Origin: Eledone cirrhosa | Taxonomy: Eukaryota | Direction: 5' to 3' | Assembly: GCA_964016885.1 (NCBI GenBank) | Contig: OZ024743.1 | Coordinates: forward strand, 174,406,001-174,470,000 | DNA: 64,000 nucleotides | Shown: positions 34,345 through 50,200 of the stretch, one piece after another | Layout of the letters: every line of letters starts with the position of its first letter | How positions within the stretch are numbered: the first letter of the stretch is position 1 | Translations under genes and position numbers: made by a program | Notes under the pieces: model-generated | The model's database searches: none | Told to the model about the DNA's origin: nothing | What the model saw: only the letters and a program-made list of their open reading frames with translations

Positions 34345-36500
34345 TTGCGCGCGCACCCCACATCTCCCCTCTTTCGACCATCTTGAAAGAGGTCTTCTTC
34401 AAATGGTTCAAATGATCAAAGATATTAAATTCAGGAAAGTCAACATACCTTTCCAAACGGACTTAAAGGAGAAACTTCTGAAAATGAAAAGTTCCCCGTA
34501 CCACCACGTCCCTTCAGACAAAACTAAAAACACTTATGCGGTTATTCCCGACACCTACAACAAGCTTGCTGATAATGCCATCACAGCAAAGTACAAAAAG
34601 GTTGATGACACTACTTTGACTGAAACAAACATAGCCGGAAAGAAGATCGCCACTTCCCTTAAACTGGAAGACCGGACAGAACCTCTGAGGGTAAAGTCCC
34701 CACACTTCACCCTGAAAGACCACAAGAACAACTTCGACAATAAACCGTCGGTCCGGCTGATTAACCCGACCAAGTCTGACATAAGATCCGTCAGTAAGAA
34801 GATCCTGGACAGGATTCTACCTAGACTACGTGCTGCCTCACCCCTCCCACTCTGGAATAGGACATCAGAGGCAATCACATGGTTCCGGGACTTGCCCGAC
34901 AAAAGCAACACCCGCTTCCTGCAGCTAGACATCGAGGATTACTACGCCTCCATATCAGAGAGCCTGCTGATTGACGCGATTAACTTCGCCAGGAACTTTA
35001 CCACAATCACCGAAGCCGAGCAGGATGTGATCCTCCATGCACGTAAGACTTTTCTTTACCATGACAGATCCCACTGGATCAACAAAAAATCTGAGACCCC
35101 CTTCGACGTTAGCATGGGTGTTGCGACTCAGCTGAAATTAGTGACCTTGTGGGTCTGTTCATCCTCCACAGGTTGAAGACCCTCTTCACAGGCCTCTCCG
35201 GCGGTCTCTACCAAGATGACAGCCTCTTTGCCCTCCACAAAATCAACCCCAGGACCACGGATGGGTTCAGGCAAAACCTTTACACCTTCTTTAAAAACTT
35301 AGGCCTTAGGATTACCTCAGATTCGAACTTAACTAAAGCTAACTTCCTAGACGTCACCCTTGACTTAGAAACTTCCCTTTACTACCCGTACCACAAACCT
35401 AATGAATCCCTTAGATATATAGACGTTAATTCTAACCACCCCAAAAATATATTAGACAACCTAGTGAAAAGTGTCTCCATTAGGATATCTAGCCTCGCCG
35501 CCAATGAAGATATCTTTAGAGCAGCAGCCCCCTACTACAACGAGGCCCTGGCCCGCAGCGGCTTTAGAGATAAGATCACCTACCTTAGTATAGCCCCACG
35601 CCCACCCAGAAAGAATAGGCGAAGGCACATTAGCTGGTACAACCCCCCCTTCAACCGCGAAGTCTCAACACCTGTAGCTAAAATTTTCTTCACTCTCTTA
35701 CAAAAACACTTCCCCACCCAACATAGGTACTATACAATCCTTAATAAGAATACCATTAGACTCTCTTACTCTACCACACCTAATCTAGCTAGGAACTTAG
35801 CCAACAATAACATCAAGAAGCTAAATAAGTCTACTTTTTCCGAAGCCCATCCAGCAACCGATGGCAATTGCAATTGCCCTGATAAGACTACCTGCCCTCT
35901 CAACAACAACTGTCTAAAAAAAGATCTCGTATATATATGCAATGTACTCTCAGGCCCCGATGAAAAAAGAAACTCGTACATCGGGATGACTTCTAACAGT
36001 TTTAAGACTCGCTGGTACGCCCACACACATTCGTTCCGGTGCCCAGACAAATCTAACCAAACTACACTCGCCGCCCACATCTGGCACCTTAAAAGGAACT
36101 CCATCCCCTTCAAGACCCAATGGAGACTACTCCAGAGAGCGCGATCCTACACAGGAGGCCATAATTGCTGTGACCTCTGTATCTCCGAGAGCTATGAGAT
36201 TCTATTCGCCAAAGGCCCTCTCCTCAACAAGATCTCGGAACACTCCCCTAATTGCATGCACAAGAACTATGCAAATTACAAAAACTACAGACCCCCCGGC
36301 CCCCCGACTGACCCCCCCTATCACCCCCCCCCCCCGCCCCCGTCCCCCATCCCAATTCCGTCCCTCCATCTCTCATTATTACCTTCTTTCCTCCCCTCTA
36401 TCTCTCATTATTACCTTCTTTCCTCCCCTCTATCTCTCATTATTACCTTCTTTCTTCCCCTCCAGGTCTTATATATTGTGTTGTATGCCTCTGAGTAAAG
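34345..36500 (+). mobile_element. 5'-truncated Penelope-like element of a third lineage (PLE-3, possibly Nematis-like), one frameshift
   Basis: PSDKT, FTLKDHK, RLINP, LDIEDYYASI, FDVSMG (frameshift ~35120), GLYQDD, NFLDVTLDL, WYNPPF, CNCPDKTTCPLNNNC, LVY...YIGMT, CDLCISE, CMH; three 29-bp repeats at ~36362-36452. Confidence 0.88.
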
Positions 36501-36662
36501 TTCCGTGGCCGCACACACAAATTCACGTATATACCTGCTCATGTTTGCATACGTGCAGTTATGAACTGCTGCACGCACACGTTCGTGATATATTTATCTA
36601 TTTATCTGTATATTTATTCATTTATTTAGTTACTTTATTTACTTATTTATTTATTTATCTAT

Positions 36663-36693
<31 letters not shown>

Positions 36694-36852
36694 CTTGTTT
36701 ATTTGTTTATCTGTTTGTTTGTGTGTTAGTTAACTCATTCATTTATTTATTAATTAATAAGTGAATGATTAGGTAATGAATAGATAAAAGATAAAAGATA
36801 GGTAACGAATAGTGAATGGTAAATAATAAATAGTAACTAATTACTTGATGAT

Positions 36853-36945
36853 AATTGTTTCTACTTTAGGCACAAGGCCAGCAATTACTGGTACTTTATT
36901 TTATCGACCCCGTAAGGATGAAAGGCAAAGTCAACCTCGGCGGAT
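36853..36945 (-). mobile_element. 5'-truncated Meta-core SINE
   Basis: Reverse complement of CCGCCGAGGTTGACTTTGCCTTTCATCC...GGCCTTGTGCCTAAAGTAGAAACAATT. Confidence 0.85.
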
Positions 36946-37059
36946 AATATTAGTAACTTAGTAGTGATATTAATTATTTTAATCCTCTATCAGGCCCAAT
37001 TTAAAATTTAAAAATTTAAAATTTAAAATTTGTCCCACTACCTTTTCCCATTATATTAT

Positions 37060-37174
37060 AGACACATGTATGTGTGCGAACGAGTGCGTGTTTGTGCATA
37101 TGCGTTTATGTGTACTTATTTGTATGTATGTATGTGTATGTATGCGTGTGTGCTTGTATAAGTGTATGTGTATG

Positions 37175-37241
<67 letters not shown>

Positions 37242-37638
37242 TTATATATGTATGTGTGTGTATGTGTGTGTATATGTATATATGTGTGTATGTATGTGTT
37301 TGTGTGTGTGTGTACGTATGTGTATGTATGTGTGTGCATATGTATGTGTATGTATAGTATAGTTTATACCGAGAGACATACATACATGTATGTGTGTGTA
37401 TATATATATATGTGTATGTGTATACGCACGTGTGTATGTGTAGATATATATATGTGTGTGTATGTGTATGCGTGTGTGTGTATATATTTGTGTGTTTGTG
37501 TTTTTTCTCTTGTGTGTATATATATATATATATGTGTGTATATATGTGTGTGTGTGTGTGTATGTATATATATATATATATATATATAAGTATGTATGTA
37601 TACGTACATACATATATGTATACAGACGTACAGTAGCA

Positions 37639-37678
<40 letters not shown>

Positions 37679-37811
37679 TATACACATATGCATATATATA
37701 TATATATATGAGATTTGTTGACAAACAAACGAACAAAGCAGGCGTTATAATAAACGTCGGCTAAACTGATGCGTGCATATATGTATGTGTACCTGTATGC
37801 ATATGTGTATA

Positions 37812-37867
<56 letters not shown>

Positions 37868-37978
37868 TGCTACTGTACGTCTGTATACATATATGTATGT
37901 ACGTATACATACATACTTACATTTAAGTAAGTGCCATACTAAGAGTGAGAAATGAAATTTCGTTTTCATTTTTTTCAA

Positions 37979-38016
<38 letters not shown>

Positions 38017-38078
38017 AGCACACGCATGTGTATGTATATGTATGTATGTATATATATATATATGTGTATATATATGTA

Positions 38079-38121
<43 letters not shown>

Positions 38122-38150
38122 ATGGGTATGCATTTATATATATGTGTGTG
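37060..38150. repeat. (TA)/(TG) microsatellite tract with inverted duplication (37587-37694 vs 37796-37919)
   Basis: TACGTACATACATATATGTATACAGACGTACAGTAGCATGCA and its reverse complement lie ~100 bp apart. Confidence 0.9.
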
Positions 38151-38224
38151 TAAGTGTTTTTGTACTCTATTTGTGCTCTATTTGTCTACATTAATAGTTT
38201 TTGTACTCTATTTGTGCTCTATTT

Positions 38225-41200
38225 GTCTACATTAATAGTATATTGTCTATATTAATAGAATATTGTCTACATTAATAGTATATTGACTACGTTAATAGTA
38301 CATTGTGCTCTACATTAATAGTATATTGTCTACATTAATAGTATATTGTCTACATTAATAGTACATTGTGCTCTACACTAATAGTATATTGTCTACATTA
38401 ATAGTATATTGTCTACATTAATAGTACATTGTGCTCTACATTAATAGTATATTGTCTATATTAATAGTATATTGTCTACATTAATAGTATATTGTCTACA
38501 TTATTAGTATATTGTCTACATTAATAGTATATTGTCTACATTAATAGTATATTGTCTACATTAATAGTACATTGTGCTCTACATTAATAGTATATTGTCT
38601 ACATTAATAGTATATTGTCTATATTAATTGTATATTGTCTACATTAATAGTATTTTGTCTACATTAATAGTACATTGTGCTCTACATTAATAGTATATTG
38701 TCTACATTAATAGTATATTGTCTACATTAATAGTATATTGTCTACATTAATAGTACATTGCGCTCTACACTAATAGTATATTGTCTACATTAATAGTATA
38801 TTGTCTACATTAATAGTATATTGTCTACATTAATAGTACGTTGTGCTCTACACTAATAGTATATTGTCAACATTAATAGTATATTGTCTACATTAATAGT
38901 ATATTGTCTACATTAATAGTATATTGTCTACATTAATAGTATATTGTGCTCTACATTAATAGTATATTGTCTACATTAATAGTATATTGTCTACATTAAT
39001 AGTATATTGTCTACATTAATAGTATATTGTCTACATTAATAGTACATTGTGCTCTACACTAATAGTATATTGTCTACATTAATAGTATATTGTCTACATT
39101 AATAGTACATTGTGCTCTACACTAATAGTATGTTGTCTACATTAATAGTATATTGTCTACATTAATAGTATATTGTCTACATTAATAGTATATTGTGCTC
39201 TACATTAATAGTATATTGTCTACATTAATAGTATATTGTCTACATTAATATTATATTGTCTACATTAATAATATATTGTCTACATTAATAGTACACTGTG
39301 CTCTACATTAATAGTATATTGTCTACATTAATAGTATATTGTCTACATTAATAGTATATTGTCTACATTAATAGTACATGGTGCTCTACATTAATAGTAT
39401 ATTGTCTACATTAATAGTTTATTGTCTACATTAATAGTATATTGTCTACATTAATAGTATATTGTCTACATTAATAGTATATTGTCTACATTAATAGTAT
39501 ATTGTCTACATTAATAGTATATTGTCTACATTAATAGTACATTGTGCTCTACACTAATAGTATATTGTCTACATTAATGGTATATTGTCTACATTAATAT
39601 TATATTGTCTACATTAATAGTACATTGTGATCTACACTAATAGTATATTGTCTACATTAATGGTATATTGTCTACATTAATGTAGACAATATACCATTAA
39701 TGTAGACAATATACTATAGTACATTGTGCTCTACACTAATAGTATATTGTCTACATTAATAGTATATTGTCTACATTAATAGTATATTGTCTACATTAAT
39801 AGTTCATTGTGCTCTACATTAATAGTATATTGTCTACATTAATGGTACATTGTGTTCTACATTAATAGTATATTGTCTACATTCATAGTATATTGTCTAC
39901 GTTAATAGTATATTGTCTACATTAATAGTATATTGTCTACATTAATAGTATATTGTCTACATTAATAGAACATTGTGCTCTACATTAATAGTATATTGTC
40001 TACATTAATAGTATATTGTCTACATTAATAGTACTTTGTGCTCTACACTAATAACATATTGTCTACATTAATAGTATATTGTCTACATTAATAGTATATT
40101 GTCTACATTAATAGTATGTCTACATTAATAGTACATTGCGCTCAACAATAATAGTATATTGTCTACATTAATAGTATATTGTCTATATAAATAGTATATT
40201 GTCTACATTAATAGTACATTGTGCTCTACATTAATAGTATATTGTCTACATTAATAGTATATTGTCTACATTAATAGTATATTGTCTACATTAATAGTAT
40301 TGTGCTCTACATTAATAGTATATTCTCTACATTAATAGTATATTGTCTACACTAATAGTATATTGTCTACATTAATAGTATATTGTCTACATTAATAGTA
40401 AATTGTTCTCTACACTAATAGCATATTGTCTACATTAATAGTATATTGTCTACATTAATAGTATATTGTCTATATTAATAGTATATTGTCTATATTAATA
40501 GTATATTGTCTACATTAATAGTATATTGTCTACATTAATAGTACATTGTGCTCTACATTAATAGTATATTGTCTACATTCATAGTATATTGTCTACATTA
40601 ATAGTACATTGTGCTCTACATTAATAGTATATTGTCTACATTAATAGTATATTGTCTACATTAATAGTATATTGTCTACATTAATAGTATATTGTCTATA
40701 TTAATAGAATATTGTCTACATTAATAGTATATTGACTACGTTAATAGTACACTGTGCTCTACATTAATAGTATATTGTCTACATTAATAGTATATTATCT
40801 ACATTAATAGTACATTGTGCTCTATATTAATAGTATATTGTCTACATTAATAGTATATTGTCTAGATTAATAGTACATTGTGCTCTACACTAATAGTATA
40901 TTGTCTACATTAATAGTATATTGTCTACATTAAGAGTACATTGTGCTCTACATTAATAGTATATTGTCTACATTAATAGTACATTGTGCTCTACATTAAT
41001 AGTATATTGTCTACATTAATAGTATATTGTCTATATAAATAGTATATTGTCTACATTAATAGTACATTGTGCTCTACATTAATAGTATATTGTCTTTATT
41101 AATAGTATATTGTCTACATTAATAGTATATTGTCTACATTAATAGTACATTGTGCTCTACATTAATAGTATATTCTCTACATTAATAGTATATTGTCTAC

Positions 41201-44200
41201 ACTAATAGTATATTGTCTACATTAATAGTAAATTGTCTACATTAATAGTACATTGTTCTCTACACTAATAGCATATTGTCTATATTAATAGTATATTGTC
41301 TACATTAATAGTATATTGTCTATATTAATAGTATATTGTCCATATTAATAGTATATTGTCTATATTAATAGTATATTGTCTACATTAATAGTATATTGTC
41401 TACATTAATAGTATATTGTCTACATTAATAGTACATTGTGCTCTACATTAATAGTATATTGTCTACATTCATAGTATATTGTCTACATTAATAGTACATT
41501 GTGCTCTACATTAATAGTATATTGTCTACATTAATAGTATATTGTCTACATTAATAGTTTATTGTCTACATTAATAGTATATTGTCTATAATAATAGAAT
41601 ATTGTCTACATTAATAGTATATTGACTACGTTAATAGTACATTGTGCTCTACATTAATAGTATATTGTCTACATTAATAGTATATTGTCTACATTAATAG
41701 TATATTGTCTACATTCATAGTATATTGTGTACATTAATAGTAAATTGTCTATATTAATAGTATATTGTCTACATTAATAGTACATTGTGCTCTGTATTAA
41801 TAGTATATTGTCTACATTAATAGTATATTGTCTACATTAATAGTACATTGTGCTCTACACTAATAGTATATTGTCTACATTAATAGTATATTGTCTACAT
41901 TAATAGTACATTGTGCTCTACATTAATAGTATATTGTCTACATTAATAGTACATTGTGCTCTACACTAATAGTATATTGTCTACATTAATAGTATATTGT
42001 CTACATTAATAGTACCTTGTGCTCTACATTAATAGTATATTGTCTATATTAATAGTATATTGTTTACATTAATAGTATATTGTCTACATTATTAGTATAT
42101 TGTCTACATTAATAGTATATTGTCTACATTAATAGTATATTGTCTACATTAATAGTACATTGTGCTCTACATTAATAGTATATTGTCTACATTAATAGTA
42201 TATTGTCTACATTAATTGTATATTGTCTACATTAATAGTATTTTGTCTACATTAATAGTACATTGTGCACTACATTAATAGTATATTGTCTCCATTAATA
42301 GTATATTGTCTACATTAATAGTATATTGTCTACATTAATAGTACATTGCGCTCTACACTAATAGTATATTGACTACATTAATATTATATTGTCTACATTA
42401 ATAGTATATTGTCTACATTAATAGTATATTGTCTACATTAATAGTACATTGTGCTCTACATTAATAGTATATTGTCTACATTGATAGTACATTGTGCTCT
42501 ACATTAATAGTATATTGTCTACATTACTAGTATATTGTCTACATTAATAGTACATTGTGCTCTACACTAATAGTATATTGTCAACATTAATAGTATATTG
42601 TCTACATTAATAGTATATTGTCTACATTAATAGTATATTGTCTACATTAATAGTATATTGTCTACATTAATAGTATATTGTGCTCTACATTAATAGTATA
42701 TTGTCTACATTAATAGTATATTGTCTACATTAATAGTATATTTTCTACATTAATAGTATATTGTCTACATTAATAGTACATTGTGCTCTACACTAATAGT
42801 ATATTGTCTACATTAATAGTATATTGTCTATATTAATAGTACATTGTGCTCTACACTAATAGTATGTTGTCTACATTAATAGTATATTGTCTACATTAAT
42901 AGTATATTGTCTACATTAATAGTATATTGTGCTCTACATTAATAGTATATTGTCTACATTAATAGTATATTGTCTACATTAATATTATATTGTCTACATT
43001 AATAATATATTTTCTACATTAATAGTACATTGTGCTCTACATTAATAGTATATTCTCTACATTAATAGTATATTGTCTACATTAATAGTACATTGTGCTC
43101 TACACTAATAGTATGTTGTCTACATTAATAGTATATTGTCTACATTAATAGTATATTGTCTACATTAATATTATATTGTCTACATTAATAATATATTTTC
43201 TACATTAATAGTACATTGTGCTCTACATTAATAGTATATTGTCTACATTAATAGTATATTGTCTACATTAATAGTATATTGTCTACATTAATAGTACATG
43301 GTGCTCTACATTAATAGTATATTGTCTACATTAATAGTTTATTGTCTACATTAATAGTATATTGTCTACATTAATAGTATATTGTCTACATTAATAGTAT
43401 ATTGTCTACATTAATAGTACATTGTGCTCTACACTAATAGTATATTGTCTACATTAATAGTATATTGTCTACATTAATAGTATATTGTCTACATTAATAG
43501 TATATTGTCTACATTAATAGTACATTGTGCTCTACATTAATAGTATATTGTCTACATTAATAGTATATTGTCTACATTACTAGTATATTGTCTACATTAA
43601 TAGTACATTGTGCTCTACAGTAATAGTATATTGTCTACATTAATAGTACATTGTGCTCTACACTAATAGTATATTGTCTACATTAATAGTATATTGTCTA
43701 CATTAATAATATATTGTCTACATTAATAGTATATTGTCTACATTAATAGTATATTGTCTACATTAATAGTACATTGTGCTCTACACTAATAGTATATTGT
43801 CTACATTAATAGTATATTGTCTACATTAATAATATATTGTCTACATTAATAGTATATTGTCTACATTAATAGTATATTGTCTACATTAATAGTATATTGT
43901 CTACATTAATAGTACATTGTGCTCTACATTAATAGTATATTGTCTACATTAATAGTATATTGTCTATATTAATAGTACATTGTGCTCTACACTAATAGTA
44001 TATTGTCTGCATTAATAGTATATTTTCTACATTAATAATATATTGTCTACATTAATAGTATATTGTCTACATTAATAGTATATTGTCTACATTAATAGTA
44101 TATTGTCTACATTAATAGTATATTGTCTACATTAATATTATATTGTCTACATTAATAGTACATTGTGCTCTACATTAATAGTATATTGTCTACATTAATA

Positions 44201-47200
44201 GTATATTGTCTACATTAATAGTACATTGTGCTCTACATTAATAGTATATTGTCTACATTAATAGTATATTGTCTACATTAATAGTACATTGTGCTCTACA
44301 TTAATAGTATATTGTCTACATTAATAGTATATTGTCTACATTAATAGTACATTGTGCTCTACATTAATAGTATATTGTCTACATTAATAGTATATTGACT
44401 ACATTAATAGTACATTGTGCTCTACACTAATAGTATATTGTCTACATTAATAGTATTTTGTCTACATTAATAGTATATTGTCTACATTAATAGTATATTG
44501 TCTACATTAATAGTATATTGTCTACATTAATAGAACATTGTGCTCTACATTAATAGTATATTGTCTACATTAATAGTATATTGCCTACATTAATAGTATA
44601 TTGTCTACATTAATAGTACATCGTGCTCTACATTAATAGTATATTGTCTACATGAATTGTACATTGTGCTCTACACTAATAGTATATTGTGTACATCATT
44701 AGTATATTGTCTACATTAATAGTACCTTATGCTCTACATTAATAGTATATTGTCTACATTAATACTGTATTGTCTATATTAATAGTATATTGTCTACGTT
44801 AATGTTATATTGTCTACATTAATAGTACATTGTGCTCTACATTAATAGTATATTGTCTACATTAATAGTATATTGTCTACATTAATAGTACATTGTGCTC
44901 TACATTGATAGTATATTGTCTACATTAATAGTACATTGTGCTCTACATTAATAGTATATTGTCTACATTAATAGTATATTGTCTACATTAATAGTACATT
45001 GTGCTCTACATTAATAGTATATTGTCTACATTAATAGTATATTGTCTACATTAATAGTACATTGTGCTCTACACTAATAGTATATTGTCTACATTAATAG
45101 TACATTGTGCTCTACATTAATAGTATATTGTCTACATTAATAGTATATTGTCTACATTACTAGTATATTGTCTACATTAATAGTACATTGTGCTCTACAC
45201 TAATAGTATATTGTCTGCATTAATAGTATATTGTCTCCATTAATAATATATTGTCTACATTAATAGTATATGGTCTACATTAATAGTATATTGTCTACAT
45301 TAATATTATATTGTCTACATTAATATTATATTGTCTACATTAATAGTACATTGTGCTCTACATTAATAGTATATTGTCTACATTAATAGTATATTGTCTA
45401 TATTAATAGTACATTGTGCCCTACATTAATAGTATATTGTCTACATTAATAGTATATTGTCTACATTAATAGTATATTGTCTACATTAATAGTACATTGT
45501 GCTCTACATTAATAGTATATTGTCTACATTAATAGTATATTGTCTACATTAATAGTACATTGTGCTCTACACTAATAGTATATTGTCTACATCAATAGTA
45601 TATTGTCTACATTAATAGTATATTGTCTACATTAATAGTATATCGTCTACATTAATAGTATATTGTCTACATTAATAGTACATTGTGCTCTACATTAATA
45701 GTATATTGTCTACATTAATAGTATATTGTCTACATTAATAGTATATTGTCTACATCAGTAGTACATTGTGCTCTACACTAATAGTATATTGTCTACATTA
45801 ATAGTATATTGTCTACATTAATAGTATATTGTCTACATTAATAGTATATTGTCTACGTTAATAGTATATTGTCTACATTAATAGTATATTGTCTACATTA
45901 ATAGTATATTGTCTACATTAATAGTATATTGTCTACATTAATAGTATATTGTCTACATTAACAGTACACTGTGCTCTACATTAATAGTATATTGTCTACA
46001 TTAATAGTATATTGTCTACATTAATAGTATATTGTCTACATTAATAGTACATTGTGCTCTACATTGTATATTGTCTACATTAATAGTATATTGTCTACTT
46101 TAATAATATATTGTCTACATTAATAGTATATTGTCTACCTTAATAGTATATTGTCTGCATTAATAGTACATTGTGCTCTACACTAATAGTATATTGTCTA
46201 CATTAATAGTATATTGTCTACATTAATAATATATTGTCTACATTAATAGTATATTGTCTACATTAATAGTATATTGTCTACATTAATAGTATATTGTCTA
46301 CATTAATAGTATATTGTCTACATTAATCGTATATTGTGCTCTACATTAATAGTATATTGTCTACATTAATAGTATATTGTCTACATTAATAGAACATTGT
46401 GCTCTACATTAATAGTATATTGTCTACATTAATAGTATATTGTCTACATTAATAGTACATTGTGCTCTACATTAATAGTGTATTGTCTACATTAATAGTA
46501 TATTGTCTACATTAATAGTACATTGTGCTCTACACTAATAGTATATTGTGTACATTATTAGTATATTGTCTACATTAATAGTACCTTATGCTCTACATTA
46601 ATAGTATATTGTCTACATTAATAGTATATTGTCTACATTAATAGTACATTGTGCCCTACATTAATAGTATATTGTCTACATTAATAGTATATTGTCTACA
46701 TTAATAGTATATTTTCTACATTAATAGTACATTGTGCTCTACATTAATAGTATATTGTCTACATTAATAGTATATTGTCTACATTAATAGTACATTGTGC
46801 TCTACACTAATAGTATATTGTCTACATTAATAGTATATTGTCTACATTAATAGTATATTGTCTACATTAATAGTATATTGTCTACATTAATAGTATATTG
46901 TCTACATTAATAGTACATTGTGCTCTACATTAATAGTATATTGTCTACATTAATAGTATATTGTCTACATTAATAGTATATTGTCTACATTAGTAGTACA
47001 TTGTGCTCTACACTAATAGTATATTGTCTACATTAATTATATATTGTCTACATTAATAGTATATTGTCTACATTAATAGTATATTGTCTACATTAATAGT
47101 ATATTGTCTACATTAATAGTATATTGTCTACATTAATAGTATATTGTCTACATTAATAGTACATTGTGCTCTACATTAATAGTATATTGTCTACATTAAT

Positions 47201-50200
47201 AGTATATTGTCTACATTAATAGTATATTGTCTACGTTAATAGTATATTGTCTACATTAATAGTACATTGTGCTCTACACTAATAGTATATTGTCTACATT
47301 AATAGTATATTGTCTACATTAATAATATATTGTCTACATTAATAGTATATTGTCTACATTAATAGTATATTGTCTACATTAATAGTATATTGTCTACATT
47401 AATAGTACATTGTGCTCTACACTAATAGTATATTGTCTACATTAATAGTATATTGTCTACATTAATAATATATTGTCTACATTAATAGTATATTGTCTAC
47501 ATTAATAGTATATTGTCTACATTAATAGTATATTGTCTACATTAATAGTATATTGTCTACATTAATCGTACATTGTGCTCTACATTAATAGTATATTGTC
47601 TACATTAATAGTATATTGTCTACATTAATAGTACATTGTGCTCTACATTAATAGTATATTGTCTACATTAATAGTATATTGTCTACATTAATAGTACATT
47701 GTGCTCTACATTAATAGTAAATTGTCTACATTAATAGTATATTGTCTACATTAATAGTACATTGTGCTCTACACTAATAGTATATTGTGTACATTATTAG
47801 TATATTGTCTACATTAATAGTACCTTACGCTCTACATTAATAGTATATTGTCTACATTAATAGTATATTGTCTACATTAATAGTATATTGTCTACGTTAA
47901 TATTATATTGTCTACATTAATAGTACATTGTGCTCTACATTAATAGTATATTGTCTACATTAATAGTATATTGCCTACATTAATAGTACATTGTGCTCTA
48001 CATTAATAGTATATTGTCTACATTAATAGTATATTGTCTACATTAATAGTATATTGTCTACATTAATAGTACATTGTGCTCTACATTAATAGTATATTGT
48101 CTACATTAATAGTATATTGTCTACATTAATAGTATATTGTCTACATTAATAGTACATTGTGCTATACATTAATAGTATATTGTCTACATTAATAGTATAT
48201 TGTCTATATTAATAGTACATTGTGCTCTACACTAATAGTATATTGTCTGCATTAATAGTATATTTTCTACATTAATAATATATTGTCTACATTAATAGTA
48301 CATTGTGCTCTACATTAATAGTATATTGTCTACATTAATAGTATATTGTCTACATTAATAGTACATTGTGCTCTACACTAATAGTATATTGTCTACATTA
48401 ATAGTATTTTGTCTACATTAATAGTATATTGTCTACATTAATAGTACATTGTGCTCTACATTAATAGTATATTGTCTACATTAATAGTATATTGTCTACA
48501 TTAATAGTACATTGTGCTCTATATTAATAGTATATTGTCTACATTAATAGTATATTGTCTACATTAATAGTATATTGTCTACATTAATAGTACATTGAGC
48601 TCTACATTAATAGTATATTGTCTCCATTAATAGTATATTGTCTACATTAATAGTACATTGTGCTCTACACTAATAGTATATTGTCTACATTAATAGTATT
48701 TTGTCTACATTAATAGTATATTGTCTACATTAATAGTATATTGTCTACATTAATAGTACATTGTGCTCTACATTAATAGTATATTGTCTACATTAATAGT
48801 ATATTGTCTACATTAATAGTATATTGTCTACATTAATAGTACATTGTGCTCTACACTAATAGTATATTGTCTACATTAATAGTATATTGTCTACATTAAT
48901 AGTATATTGTCTACATTAATGGTATATTGTCTACGTTAATAGTATATTGTCTACATTAATAGTACATTGTGCTCTACACTAATAGTATATTGTCTACATT
49001 AATAGTATATTGTCTACATTAATAATATATTGTCTACATTAATAGTATATTGTCTACATTAATAGTATATTGTCTACATTAATAGTATATTGTCTACATT
49101 AATAGTACATTGTGCTCTACACTAATAGTATATTGTCTACATTAATAGTATATTGTCTACATTAATAGTACATTGTGCTCTACATTAATAGTATATTGTC
49201 TACATTAATAGTATATTGTCTACATTAATAGTACATTGTGCTCTACATTAATAGTATATTGTCTACATTAATAGTATATTGTCTACATTAATTGTAGATT
49301 GTGCTCTACACTAATAGTATATTGTGTACATTATTAGTATATTGTCTACATTAATAGTACCTTATGCTCTACATTAATAGTATATTGTCTACATTAATAG
49401 TATATTGTCTACATTAATAGTATATTGTCTACGTTAATATTATATTGTCTACATTAATAGTACATTGTGCTCTACATTAATAGTATATTGTCTACATTAA
49501 TAGTATATTGTCTACATTAATAGTACATTGTGCTCTACATTAATAGTATATTGTCTACATTAATAGTATATTGTCTACATTAATAGTACATTGTGTTCTA
49601 CATTAATAGTATATTGTCTACATTAATAGTATATTGTCTACATTAATAGTACATTGTGCTCTACACTAATAGTATATTGTCTACATTAATAGTATATTGT
49701 CTACATTAATAGTATATTGTCTACATTAATAGTATATTGTCTACATTAATAGTACATTGTGCTCTACACTAATAGTATATTGTCTTCATTAATAGTATAT
49801 TGTGCTCTACACTAATAGTATGTTGTCTACATTAATAGTATATTGTCTACATTAATAGTATATTGTCTACATTAATAGTACATTGTGCTCTACACTAATA
49901 GTATATTGTCTACATTAATGGTATATTGTCTACATTAATATTATATTGTCTACATTAATAGTACATTGTGATCTACACTAATAGTATATTGTCTACATTA
50001 ATAGTATATTGTCTACATTAATAATATATTGTCTACATTAATAGTATATTGTCTACATTAATAGTACATTGTCTACATTAATAGCATATTGTCTACATTA
50101 ATTGTATATTGTCTACATTAATAGTATTTTGTCTACATTAATAGTACATTGTGCTCTACATTAATAGTATATTGTCTACATTAATAGTATATTGTCTAAA

